A DNA stretch of 63,186 bases, counting the filler, from Psammoneis japonica (taxonomy: Eukaryota), in NCBI GenBank assembly GCA_008632985.1. It is 3 parts of 3 records of this genome, joined end to end, with 100 filler letters (N's around TTAATTAATTAA, not from the genome) between each part and the next. Parts side by side here need not be neighbours in the genome. Positions count along the whole stretch, not along the records: positions 1 to 23,108 come from QPGO01000434.1; 2 more parts are not named here. The stretch is one strand, 5' to 3'. The notes under the pieces were generated by a model. It saw only the letters and a list, made by a program, of their open reading frames with translations. It was not told the origin of the DNA and ran no database searches. The translations under genes and the position numbers were made by a program. Shown here piece after piece: positions 1 to 10,698 of the stretch. How positions within the stretch are numbered: position 1 is the first letter of the stretch; each line of letters opens with the position of its first letter.

Positions 1-780
1 GCACGAGCGAAGACACCGACAATGGTGCAAGTGCCGGAGAGAGATGCAAAGACAGCAATCCAACGATGTTGCAAGAGGGCACAAAAGAGAGAAAAGATCT
101 GTTTGAGTCAGCACCATGTCTTCAATGAAAAGAACAAAGCAAGACAACATTGGTGTGCACAAAAACTCACACAGAGAAGCACGGCACCAGCACCTGCAAA
201 ATGACCACATCTGCGGTGAAATGGAACAACACAAGGAGGCAAGAACATGCTTTTCTACAAACACAAAGCAACAACGAGCAAACGACCAATGTAAACTCAC
301 CAGTGGGGTCAAAACTTGGGGTGCCTGGATCGTCAACGGCGGGCAGGGAGACAGATGGAAGAGAGGCAATCTGGTTGTTCCACGAAGCAGGACGACAAAA
401 GCAGGCTGCAAATCGGCATGAGCAATGGTGGAAAGTTGGAGCTTGGGATCGAGTGACTGGTGCGGTCCATGCAAATCGTTGCAGAAGCTTGGAGAACGGA
501 GGCAGCGCCATGGTGGTGCGGCATGGACCGGGGCAGAAGCAGCGCACCATGGTGGAACGGGGGCGGAGCCAAAAACGGTGACGGCGACGGTGTGGACCCA
601 TGGACTTCGACATCCCCATCTTCGATTCCCACACATCAAGATGCGGGACAAGGAGGTTCAAGGTGAGTGCCATTGCGAACGAGAACGGGAAAAAGACGCG
701 TGATTCCACGAGAATCAGAACTCACCACATTTTGAGTCATTCTGACCCATTCCAGAGCCAGGGCTCACTCACATGGCACG
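1..780. mobile_element. Degenerate repeat/TE relic, TpA-depleted (runs off window start)
   Basis: Almost no TA dinucleotides and many overlapping Tyr-free spurious ORFs, the same signature as the recognisable TEs in this window. No family motif recognised. Confidence 0.4.
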
Positions 781-1334
781 ACCCAATGGCTCACAACACT
801 GTCAAGCAAGGTAGGGGTCGAGAGGCGGTGTCGTACCGGTCAAATCGGCCAAAAGCGCCATTGTCGGAGGGAGCGGTGGTTGTCGATCGGCCGCTCGGAA
901 AAATTATGAGCCATCAACCCGACCGCGCACCGTTCGGAGTCGCACAGAATTTCTCGGTACAAAATGTACACAAGTGTACGTCAGTATAAAAATCGTGTAG
1001 AAGGGGTGTAAGTAGAAACTTACTGTCTCTCCTTGGACTACGAGGATTCTGCCGTTAAACTATACCAGCATGTATAATTCTACGTGGTGGATTTGAATCA
1101 ATCCCACCAACGTTTTTAAATTTCGATCGTAGTAACGGCTTTAGGTGCTGTGATGAATATATATATAAGTTTGAATCAAATATCATATGTAGCGTTAATA
1201 ATTTTGAATGATTGCGCGACTGCCAGTCGGCACCAAAAACCGTCGCCAATAAGTAAACCTGCAGTACAAAAGTACTCTTTTGCAATACTTTGGTACTTCA
1301 GTCTTGCACATGAAAGCGCTCCCTAAGTAGTTAA

Positions 1335-1625
1335 CGGTCGAATTATATATATAAAATCCTCACAGCGGGAGACCCTATATACGCTCCCGTGTGCACTCAA
1401 CGCGCCTCGGTTACGACCTTCTCGTTGGGTTGCACAATGGCGAGAACGACCCACAGCTTGTCGTGTGGCCTTCTCGTCGGGCTGAGCAACCCGCCTGGTC
1501 GGTCTCCACCTTGTTGCTTGGACCCTTCTCGTTGGGTTCGGCGGGGCCGAACCCTCCTCGTCGGGCTCCATGAGTGCAAAGGGCGCGCACCTGCAGCACG
1601 GCAACCGTGTCTGCTCTAAGTAGAG
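1335..1625 (+). repeat. Short GC-rich repeat array (CCT(T/C)CTCGTYGGG x4 with hairpins), possibly non-autonomous Helitron-like
   Basis: Starts near TATATATATAAAAT; motif at ~1417, ~1469, ~1524, ~1553; perfect 9-bp stem GGGTTCGGC-GGG-GCCGAACCC; CTAAGTAG occurs on both flanks (1323, 1616). Confidence 0.35.
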
Positions 1626-1889
1626 CAGGACTGACGGAAAGCAAGACTGAGCCACCCGGCGCGGCCGGTGACCATGATGCTAAAACGAAAGTGAGAATTG
1701 AGAACAAGACGCCATCACAAGCGATTTGCTTGCTGATGCCACGTAGATGGTTTGACTTTTGCTGAAACAAAAATGAAAAGAGATGACGACGAATGCAATT
1801 CCAAAGCCAAACAATGCCGCCAAACACACATCGCTTGACACACGAGACATGAGGAGTGCAGTGCGGATGAAGACCTCCCCCTGTGAGAG

Positions 1890-2028
1890 GTGGAGGAACA
1901 ACAAGCGATTCTACCAGATCATGTTGATGCTCTTTTCCCAGATCATTCTAAGCAGCCACTGTGGAATCTCCCGCTCCATCCACACGTGTGGCCACCACCT
2001 GCGTTTGATTTGGAAAAGAAGGTGAGCC
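1890..2028 (+). pseudogene. 5' fragment of a third paralogue of the 6013/17645 gene family, truncated by repeat insertion
   Basis: QAILP...QPLWNLPLHPHVWPPPAFDLEKKVS matches PPPRFDLERKMS (6013 gene) and QAIVP...HVSPQHGFDFEKKVS (17645 gene); similarity stops abruptly at ~2028. Confidence 0.6.
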
Positions 2029-2063
2029 AGGACATGCTGCTTTTGTCGTTTGTCTTCAAGACT

Positions 2064-2293
2064 GGGGGAGACATCTTCGGAAGTGAGGAGACTGTCGAAA
2101 AAAGTTCTTGCACAGAATTTGTGCTAAAACAGTCTGTCAACCAGTGCAACTGGGGGTGTTTGGGACCTCTGGACAGACCCCACATGTTTTCTTGTGCACA
2201 CAAACAATTGTGCTGGGAAAAATGGGAAAACCCCCAAACATGCTGGCGACCAGACTGCCTTCGACGATCTCACTTCAAAAGACGCCCCCCCAA
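2064..2293 (+). repeat. Dispersed ~220-bp repeat, heavily mutated copy (partner at 42737-42944, minus strand)
   Basis: Co-linear alignment by eye with the reverse complement of 42737-42944. Differences are almost all TA->TG/CA, CG->TG/CA, a few AT->AC and short insertions. Confidence 0.85.
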
Positions 2294-2424
2294 GACAGGT
2301 TCAATGCAAGAAGCATCCTCGAAGTGTTCACTCGCACTGTAGTTTTCAAAATGGCGGCAGAGGTCGTGTTAGTCGGATCAGTCGCGCGAGTCGTGGATTG
2401 AGACTGGTGGCAGATCCGGAATGT

Positions 2425-5400
2425 ACGCTGAAACGTACGCATGTAGGCCCTACGTGCGCACCAGCACCCCACGATGGCCCCCGTGAAGATTTTCATCTGT
2501 TTTTTGTCCGTTCGTGCCCACAGGGGCACGAAAGGAGGCTACGTAGGACTGCACCAGCAAATCCTGTAGATGCACGTTTCCATGCCAACAAGATTCATGA
2601 ACCTCTCAAACGAAAAGAGACAATGGCGTCGTTCTGGATCAACGCCGTAGTTGCTGCGTCTGAAACCGCAGCGCACCGCTTTTCTGCTCGTAGACTTGTA
2701 CGCTGTCCTGGTACAAAGGTCATTGCATGCATAGAGTCTACGATGAGGTCACACTGAAGGAAGAATTCTCGAATTTGAATTCTCAGCAATCAACCGAGTT
2801 TGTTTACTTTCTATTTTTTTTATGCTGCCAACCAAGTCTTACAATCACACATCCCTGATTCTACCTGCGTGAGACGACACTGAGATTTCAGTCCATGCAT
2901 AAGTTCACTTGCACCAATGGATGAATCGGCGTTGTGCTCGGTGACGACGTCCGAATCAGATTGGGTGGAGCATTTCAATCCAACAGAGGACTTGAATTTT
3001 TGCGACGAGGATCTCCACTTGATTGAGGACAGCTTGATGGATGAGCATGATAGAACCGAGCAGTCAAAGGACCGTCCAAAATGGAAAGTGGACAATGATG
3101 GGAAAGATGTTAAGATTGCCTTTAGCCAAGCTCCCCAAAAGGTGTGGGAGACGGCCAAAGCCGAGATTACAGAGTGTCAAGGTTATTCAGAATGGTTCCA
3201 AGGACGCAAGCATGCATTGACTCCTCTGGTTCTGATGCTCAAGTTTCAGTTCACCTTAGATTGGACAAAGCGCGAGAGCAGAGGCAGTCGCATTGGGTGT
3301 GCCTTGAGAAGCATCTCGACACGGCATCTGGTGTCGAAGATTTGGTGTGTCAAAATGATGACGATGATGCGGCACCGGCTCAGAATGACAATGATGATGC
3401 CACTGCACAATCCAATCCAATGACTGTTGGTGAAGGAATGCTGCTGGCTCAGAGGACACGATGATGATGACATTGTAGATTGGGCTGAGTTGGAAAAACA
3501 CTTAGATTCAGACATGGAAGAGGAGGAGCGGATTTCTGTTATCGAGAGTCGCCGTTGGGAAGCAAAGGAGGCGTTGAAGAAAGCAAAGGAAATTCTTAGT
3601 GATGCAGTTGACTCCACCAAACGAAATGAGTGTGCGAGCCAAACTAATGTCGGAGTTGAAAGCTGGCGAGCACAAGGATCTCCTGAAGGCGTTCGTCAAA
3701 CAAATGGGGTGGAAGGTTTGTAAGACGCACAAGGCAAACCTGAAAAACGCAGTTACGTGGCTAGAGTGTACCCCCGCCTCTCGACCCTACATCGTGCTGA
3801 ACAAGGAGCAACTGAAGGTAAGCATGTGTAATTGCTGCCACTGACATTATTTTACTATGGATCTAACCGAGTCGCTCCGAACCATTATTTGCTGACAAAG
3901 GCAAAATACCGAGAATGTATTAACAGCACGATGCCGTCGAGTGTGACAAAAAACGATGACTTCATAGCGATTCTGAGCGGTGAAGTCTCCGCACCAGTTG
4001 CAAGAGATGGCGATAGTGAGCCAAAAACGCCACTGGAAGCAATGGTGAAAACACTTTCTTCCACCACTCAAAGGTGAGGCGGCGGAGCTCTGTAGATTGG
4101 GACATGAGATGGAAGAACAGTGCGGAAAAGATTTTCTTGGTGTTGCAAGCGGCGAAGGAGTGCGACTCGAAAACAGATCCGTATTTGTTGCAAACAATCT
4201 CTTCAGAGCCGGCCTGCTACAGAAGCAAAATCGCCCTTATCAAAAGGACAGTCCAGACTTCCTCTGCACTGGAACAATAGACGATAAGCGAATCGTAGCG
4301 GTTGTCGAGATGAAGGCGCGTTGCAAATCTACTACCGCCGCCAAGGAGCGTCAGCGCATTCCGAAGTTGGTGAATTTTCGTTGTATCATGTGATTCGCCT
4401 GAGTTACGCAAGTTCATGCTTAAACGTTCAGAGGCAGTTCAGGTGAGCTGATGCACGGAATAACTGTTTGACACTGTCGTTGTAACGGTAACTCACCTCA
4501 GTCTCCACGACTTCCTCGCTACAGTGCGCTCATCATGCAAGCACCCTTGGAGTCAACCACGTCATTCTTGCCACTGGAGACAGAGTAGGCCTTACAGCAA
4601 TGGTGGTTATTGAGTGCTCCGACGAGTTCCTTGAAAACTACGAAAAGTGCATCAACGACATGTACGAGTCGGCATTGAAGTGGGCGTACGAGGAGGGCGT
4701 CGACATTCCAACCGAAGAGCTCAAGGCTGCTGTGAAAACTGCACGAGTAAAGGTGGACTATGAGTCATTTATGAAATCAATTTACTTTTGGAAAGAACTG
4801 ACGAAGCCTCAGTACTTACCACTCCCACCGTGCGAGAGGATCATTCCCATGCAGGATGCGTACTGGAACAACACCAAGCATGGGTCGGACGTCAAAACCC
4901 AGTACTGCCAAAACCTATCAGCCCCAATTCCTGTCACATCTGCCGGAGCTAAGGCATACGACCGCATGCAAATGACAGCACTATCCGACATCCACAAAGG
5001 CGCTACCATGTTTATTACCAAGGAAGATCTCAACCAGTGCAATTCCCTTCACGACTTCAGAGACGATGCAAAGCACAAGATGAGCTTCAGAAAAGCACTC
5101 CTTCGATTGTCTAAGTTTTTCAAGAAGCTGAGCCAGCAAAATCTCCAAAGTGGAATTGGTTCTCCTTCGTCTTTTACAGGGATCGTTACACCATCACCAG
5201 CAACTCCAGTACAGCCGCCGAGGTGGATGCGCGGTGAAATTCAAAGGAACCAACCAATTTTGTAGCAAAAGGAACTGGAAAGTCTCCCAAGCGCTCTCAC
5301 CTAGAAGCTCTACTGAAACCAAAGGACAGTTCTGAAGAGGTCCCTTCCAAGCGATTCAAGAGTTGTCGGGTGTACCTGTGTTCAGAGCAAATGAAAACAA

Positions 5401-5897
5401 TGGAAGTAAGAAAGGGAGTGGAGCTTTGGCGCGATGTATCATGTGCGACTCCAAGACACATTGGTATTGCTCTGGCTGTCGTCAATGGTATTGTTGCGAT
5501 AGTCCCCGTCCGCAAAGCGCTGGAGTCCCATACTTTCAAGATTCGTCAACGTACCGTGATGGGAAAAACAGGGATCGACCAATCGCCGGCGTGTACAATG
5601 CTTTATGCACTGTCACCCATCCATTGTGAACCAGGGATAGTAATATGTATTTGTATTTAGTGAATATATCATCTTTTTGACCACCGGCGTAATTGTAGTA
5701 CTTTGGAATATCATTTGTTGACAAGACGAGCGTTGTGTTGATGCTTTATCAATGAGAGCCGGTGTTTGTTTTGCACGTACAACTCGGTATGAAACCTACA
5801 GGGGCGTCGTTCGTGCCCACAGGAGCACGAACTTTTGCGTTCGTGCCCACACGCGCACGAAACTATCACGCGGGATAGTAGGCCTACGTTTCGACGT
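2425..5897 (+). mobile_element. Putative DNA transposon carrying YqaJ-like nuclease and piggyBac-like C-terminus
   Basis: Imperfect inverted ends (ACGCTGAAACGTA at ~2425 / TACGTTTCGACGT at ~5885). Palindromic subterminal motif GTTCGTGCCCACAGG(G/A)GCACGAA near both ends (~2510; ~5809 and a variant at ~5839). Ends are approximate and no TSD was established. Confidence 0.5.
2917..5629 (+). pseudogene. Disrupted, intron-containing transposon protein: YqaJ/lambda-exonuclease-like PD-(D/E)xK domain + piggyBac-like segment + Cys-rich zinc-binding tail
   Basis: Motifs SEWFQGRKHALT, LGHEME, DSPDF...VEMKAR, Q|CAHH; then YWNNTKHGSDVKTQ (cf. piggyBac YN..MGGVD..DQ); tail CIMC..KTHWYCSGC...C. In-frame GT-AG introns 3818-3900 and 4443-4524; several frameshifts/stops. 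Confidence 0.6.
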
Positions 5898-6012
5898 GAC
5901 CAAAGGGTTTCTGCGGTCGCGACACGACGATGATCTGTACCGCTATCACAAGAACCGCAACTCTAACGTACCTTCTGCTATAAGGCCGTCGCTCAACGAA
6001 TACAAAAGCGTA

Positions 6013-7983
6013 ATGGCAAATCGATACCCTAACATGCATCCGCCCTATCTGCCCTGGTCTGACAGAGAGCACTGTCATGCCACAATGCCTCCGCCCTCGC
6101 CTTTCTTCCCACCATGGATGCACGGATATGCCGCACCGCCAGATCCATTTACTGTTCAAGAGGGACAGCCACCATGGAGACCGCCGCCGCATCCCCTTTT
6201 TTGCCCACCACCTCGATTTGATTTGGAGAGGAAAATGAGCTCTAAACATAGGCTCTACTTCTATCACAACCGGTTTATTTCGAAGCAATCACCGTTCTGC
6301 CGGTCTCTTCTCGCTCAACCAAATGCAACCGAGGACAGCTTGCGTACTCTATCGCGTCAACTTCTACAAGATGGAATGTTCAACGTTTCTTTAGATGGCT
6401 TGTGTGAGGTTCGCGATCCATTGGCTCTTCATGATTATGCTCAGTATTACCAGTACGACCCTGTTCTCTGCCGTGCTTTGAAAATCGCTTCGGACAAGGA
6501 GCTATTGAAAAAGGACAGCTCTGCTCCCTTTAAAAATTCGCCATCGACAGGTTCAACGGGGGAGCCAACGCCACACACCCCTTTGCCTCAAAACAATTCC
6601 ATGGATTCTCCGCTTCCGTTGCGGCCCAAGCTCGCCTCTCCCACAGCGCCACCTCCCAAGCCAATTCGTGACTCAGATTTCTTATACTTCTCTGGCCATT
6701 TGCGAGTATCAAAATGGTGCAGGCTTACTTCAAAATGCGTCGACCAAGGCATCTCTGAGGATGACATAAAAGAAATATTCCAGACGCTCTACAAAAACAA
6801 ACTTTTCAACGTCAATGCTACAGGCCATTGTAGGATTATCCCAAACTTGCTTCCCCGCCTTGAGAAATTTACTACTCGGTTGGAAGACTCTCCCATGAAG
6901 CGGGCTTTGCAGTCGCATTTAGATGCCGCATCAGGGCTGAAGTCTCAACATGCAGCTGCTAAACGGTCGCGAGAACCACAGGAAGAGAGCGAGAGTATTG
7001 CCAAGCGAAAAAAGCCTTCTTCTGAACAAGCACTGGTACAGAGCAAAGTTTATAAAGACAACGCATATACTGCTTGCGTCAGTGCCGAGGTGAATCCAGG
7101 ACAGCATTCGCCCATGGAAACACCAGAGAAGGCCACGAGTGCGGTTCGTACGGGGAGTTCAACGGATTGCCAGAGCAAGGCTCGGAATGTAGATTGTCAG
7201 AAGACTCGACAGCGGTGCGAGAAACACAAGCCTAGCTCTTCCCGAGAATCTTCTGGTTGCGTCCACGCCAGCAAGAATGCAGAAAGGAAATCAGCCCCAG
7301 TTTCACCTGTGGTGGAGATGGCTGCCATTCGAACGAGCACCAGTACGGCAGGGGATTCGGTCATCGAGACTAAAGCAAGCAATAAGCAACAGCGAAATGC
7401 AGCGGTCGACGAGTACGAGGTGGACGCTGCCAATGAGAAGGTGCAGCAGTGCGAAAATTCCCAACACGCTCCGCTGAACCACAGTGGCTTGCAGCACTCT
7501 TATCTACAGGGTGCTCGTCATTTCCACGATTTGCAGGACTCCGGTAGACCTCGTCGCCGAAAACGAGGACGCCGGACAAGAAAACGGAGAAAGGTGGGTT
7601 CTAACAACAAACTCGACTCAAGCACCGACGTGGCTGCCAAGGGCCAAACCAACACCGTCATGGAGACAGATGCACCATTTGCCACTCCACGTAAGCCATA
7701 TCCGGAACGTCACAATGTGGATGCTGCTGTCGAGACGGAAATGATGACGAAACAAAAGCGAGCCCCCAATGATAGCAATATCGACAAAGCTGACGAGGCG
7801 TCGACGAGGGACTCAGCCTGTCTGCATTTTGGAGATAATGGACTGAATTGTGAATCACAAGACAACAACATGCAGAGACTCATGAAGGTTGCCAGAAAGC
7901 TCAACCTGCAGATAGATTGGACATCGGATGACCAATCGGAAGCCGCTGATGAGAGCTTCGGTTGTCACACTGTTTATTTGTAA
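6013..7983 (+). CDS. Uncharacterised protein (Pro-rich N-terminus, duplicated ~75-aa domain, low-complexity linker with basic NLS-like patch, conserved C-terminal motif)
   Basis: Long open frame (ORF 5752-7983). ATG 6013 (MANRYPN) chosen because it matches MANRIPN in the paralogue at 17645, and the upstream ORF part overlaps a TE end. Normal TA/Tyr content. Confidence 0.75.
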   Translation: MANRYPNMHPPYLPWSDREHCHATMPPPSPFFPPWMHGYAAPPDPFTVQEGQPPWRPPPHPLFCPPPRFDLERKMSSKHRLYFYHNRFISKQSPFCRSLLAQPNATEDSLRTLSRQLLQDGMFNVSLDGLCEVRDPLALHDYAQYYQYDPVLCRALKIASDKELLKKDSSAPFKNSPSTGSTGEPTPHTPLPQNNSMDSPLPLRPKLASPTAPPPKPIRDSDFLYFSGHLRVSKWCRLTSKCVDQGISEDDIKEIFQTLYKNKLFNVNATGHCRIIPNLLPRLEKFTTRLEDSPMKRALQSHLDAASGLKSQHAAAKRSREPQEESESIAKRKKPSSEQALVQSKVYKDNAYTACVSAEVNPGQHSPMETPEKATSAVRTGSSTDCQSKARNVDCQKTRQRCEKHKPSSSRESSGCVHASKNAERKSAPVSPVVEMAAIRTSTSTAGDSVIETKASNKQQRNAAVDEYEVDAANEKVQQCENSQHAPLNHSGLQHSYLQGARHFHDLQDSGRPRRRKRGRRTRKRRKVGSNNKLDSSTDVAAKGQTNTVMETDAPFATPRKPYPERHNVDAAVETEMMTKQKRAPNDSNIDKADEASTRDSACLHFGDNGLNCESQDNNMQRLMKVARKLNLQIDWTSDDQSEAADESFGCHTVYL

Positions 7984-8336
7984 CGCGGCGCTTTATGTTG
8001 CTGCTGCACTATTGGGTTTGAAAGCACCGACAAAGCGATTCAACCACGTTGGCGTTCTTTATATTGGCTTTGCGCAATGATCGGAGCTACAGAAGTATTG
8101 GTAAGGAAGAAGGTTCGGCCTCGTCGGAAGATTCACGGACCTTCGTCCACGATTTCAAACGTTGTAAAACGAAATTGAGCTCTGCTTGGGATTTTGTGCA
8201 TCACGACAAGTTCGAATCTTTGAATTCGAGTTCATCTATCACGAAGTGCTACTGTACAATGATGGGAAGCGATTCAGAAGAAATGTCATACAAGAGTTTC
8301 TAGAGTATCACTACGGTTACTCGAGCTATAGAGAAA

Positions 8337-9608
8337 TCAAGCCTTGACGGGACGAACGTAAACGTCCACATCGATGGGAGCCCACACATTGGTGCGATTG
8401 CCGTCCTGTAATTCGATCCTGTATGCATTTCCTTCGTCCCACTGCTTGAGGACTTTGCCGCGCTGAAATTCCCCAACGTTGGCTTCCACAATGGTCCCAA
8501 CCGGGAAACGCAAAGGCGCATCGGCACGACAGGCCATGAACCCGTTGCGATAGAAGTCATGATCCAAGTGTTTGCCGATAAAGACAAAACGACTCTCGCG
8601 CTTCTCGTTTTTCTTCCACTTGGCTGTTTCATCAAAACCACCCGAAAAGAGCATACCAACTCCCTGGAAGACGAACTTTTGGTTCATGCCCTTAACGGCA
8701 ATGACACCCTTGTAGCGGTAGAGGTTGGCTCCGTCTTGCGTAATGAGGCGCTGGATCCAGCGCTCCAGCATCATCATGTTTACGTCGCCTTCGACTTTGA
8801 CTCCGACAGAAGAGACAGTCTCGTCGTGCTGGTGTTCTTGATCTTCGTCCAAGAACTCTGGGTCAAAGTCGAGGACGCGACTAAGCTCAAACGCCTGAAT
8901 GTTCAAGAGGTCCTTGGGGTTCACTTGACTGTGCTTGGTGCGTTGAATCGTGGCAGTGGGATTGAGCGCCTTGAGCTCCTTCTCAATCTCGGCAAGTTTC
9001 TTGTCTGTAGACAAGTCGATCTTGTTGAGGAGAATCTTGTCGGCAAAGGCGACCTGTTCCACTGACTCGTTTTCGACACCCTCCGGTTTCTTCTCTTGGA
9101 GGCGCTCCATAATGTGCTTGGCGTCGACTACAGTAATGACACTATCGAGCCTGTACTTGGATTTGACTTCGTCGTCGATGAAAAAGGTCTGGCACACAGG
9201 CGCAGGATCTGCTAGGCCCTGCGAAGTAAGAGCAAGTCATGAGAATCCTGTGCTCAGTTAGGCCGCTTCCAGAAAAAGATTTTCACGTACCGTTGTCTCA
9301 ATAATGACACCCTGAAAGGTCTCTACTCGAGTGTAGAGATTCTTGAGGGCCTTCACCAAATCCCCGCGAATGGTGCAGCAAATGCATCCGTTCATCACTT
9401 CAATGACTTCTTCGTCAACATTCTCGGACAAAACCTTCTCATCGACTCCCACTTCACCAAACTCATTCTCAATGACGGCAAACTTCATACCATGGCTGGT
9501 ATCCCTGAGGATATGGTTGAGTAGAGTGGTCTTGCCTGATCCAAGGAATCCAGTGAGGATAGTCACTGGAACGACTGGCGTCTTGGCTCGTTTCGAAACA
9601 GGCGTCAT
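8337..9608 (-). CDS. COG0523/CobW-family (ZNG1-like) G3E metallochaperone GTPase; 2 exons (9608-9291, 9218-8337)
   Basis: GFLGSGKTTLLN Walker A, NEFGE, GCICC metal motif, ETT|GLADP split by a 72-bp GT..AG intron (9290-9219), NKID, CobW_C-like RYKG...VFIG. Confidence 0.95.
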
Positions 9609-9897
9609 GGCGCTACTACAAAAGCCTCGAATTGCAACAACTTTTGGTTGTGAGAGCAGATTGTGAGGTGTCTTTTGCATTGGATCGTCTTTTTGGCGCC
9701 TTTTTGGATTTTTAGGCTGAAAAGGAAAAGCCTCATGAATATGAAACAATGGCCTTGAAAAGGCTTTTCGATGTCGATCACGCTCAAACAAAGGCCTCAG
9801 GCTTTTGCTCAAACCCCATTGTGCGCCCACTTTTTTTTCAATCAATCAATCGCACACAACATCAAAGTTCGTTCAGCTCACGTTGCCCGCAGGAACA
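9609..9897. promoter_or_regulatory. Probable bidirectional promoter between CobW-family and nitroreductase genes
   Basis: Only ~290 bp separates two divergent start codons. Confidence 0.55.
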
Positions 9898-10698
9898 ATG
9901 ACTTCGCGAGACATGGTAATGGCAGGCACCGCCTTTGTTCTAGGGAGTGGGGCATTGTGGTTTCACCAGATCCGTCATCGGAGCAAGCAGGAAAGTACAA
10001 AGGAGATATCTTTTGAAACTACTACTACGACCCATCACGACGATGACCTGTCGGTTCTCCCGTGCATTCGCAATCGTCGTTCCGTCTTTCCTCGTCAGTT
10101 TCTGCAGAATCCTCCTCCCCTCGATGATGCCATCGTTGAATCCCTTCTCGAAGCCGCTCTTTGGGGACCCTTCCATGGAAAATGCTTTGCTGGCTGCCAG
10201 CATCCTGCGAAATTCGTAGTTCTTGGTAAAGAGAGTATGATTGAAATGCAGAAACTAACCTTAGATTACTACGACCGAAATTGGGAAAACGTCGGATGGG
10301 GCTCTGGGAAGCGTGGAAGTCGGGATGAATACGAGGCTTGGAGAAAGGTGACCGAGGACGAAATCACGGGGCGTTGGGCACCGTGCGCGCGAATGATTGC
10401 CATTGTCATGCGCCGGCAAACGGGGCCGAAACGTTTGCCCGAGTGGGAAGAGGCTGCGGCCGTGGCGGCCGCTACGCAAAACATGCACTTGCAAAGCACC
10501 AAATTTCCGCAGCTGGCGTGTTACTGGAGCTCGTGGCACGATGCGGCGAGGGACAGTGACGAAATGAAAGAGTTTTTGAACATGGAACCAGAGGACAGAT
10601 GCTTGGGCTTTTTTATTATTGCGCATGCCAAGAGGAACAGCACCAAAGACCGACGTAGGCGCGACAAGTCCCTCTTAGCTGTCGAATGGCGTCGTTAG
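9898..10698 (+). CDS. Nitroreductase-family flavoprotein (YdjA-like) with N-terminal hydrophobic anchor
   Basis: IRNRRSV..F, LLEAALWGPFHG, AAVAAATQNMHL, YWSS, FL..EPEDRCLGFF motifs of the nitroreductase fold; intronless; first plausible ATG at 9898. Confidence 0.88.
   Translation: MTSRDMVMAGTAFVLGSGALWFHQIRHRSKQESTKEISFETTTTTHHDDDLSVLPCIRNRRSVFPRQFLQNPPPLDDAIVESLLEAALWGPFHGKCFAGCQHPAKFVVLGKESMIEMQKLTLDYYDRNWENVGWGSGKRGSRDEYEAWRKVTEDEITGRWAPCARMIAIVMRRQTGPKRLPEWEEAAAVAAATQNMHLQSTKFPQLACYWSSWHDAARDSDEMKEFLNMEPEDRCLGFFIIAHAKRNSTKDRRRRDKSLLAVEWRR

Noticed and set aside
1410..1570. CRISPR-like repeat-spacer pattern
   Set aside because: Repeats only ~13 bp, spacing irregular, eukaryotic context, no cas genes.
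5752..6012. N-terminal extension of the 743-aa ORF
   Set aside because: Overlaps the repeat-bearing transposon end; the paralogue supports a start at 6013.
8559..9666. Plus-strand ORFs overlapping the CobW-family gene
   Set aside because: Antisense shadows of a well-supported minus-strand gene.
9898..10698. BluB (cobalamin lower-ligand synthase) call suggested by the CobW neighbour
   Set aside because: Motifs fit a generic YdjA-like nitroreductase; no BluB-specific evidence visible.
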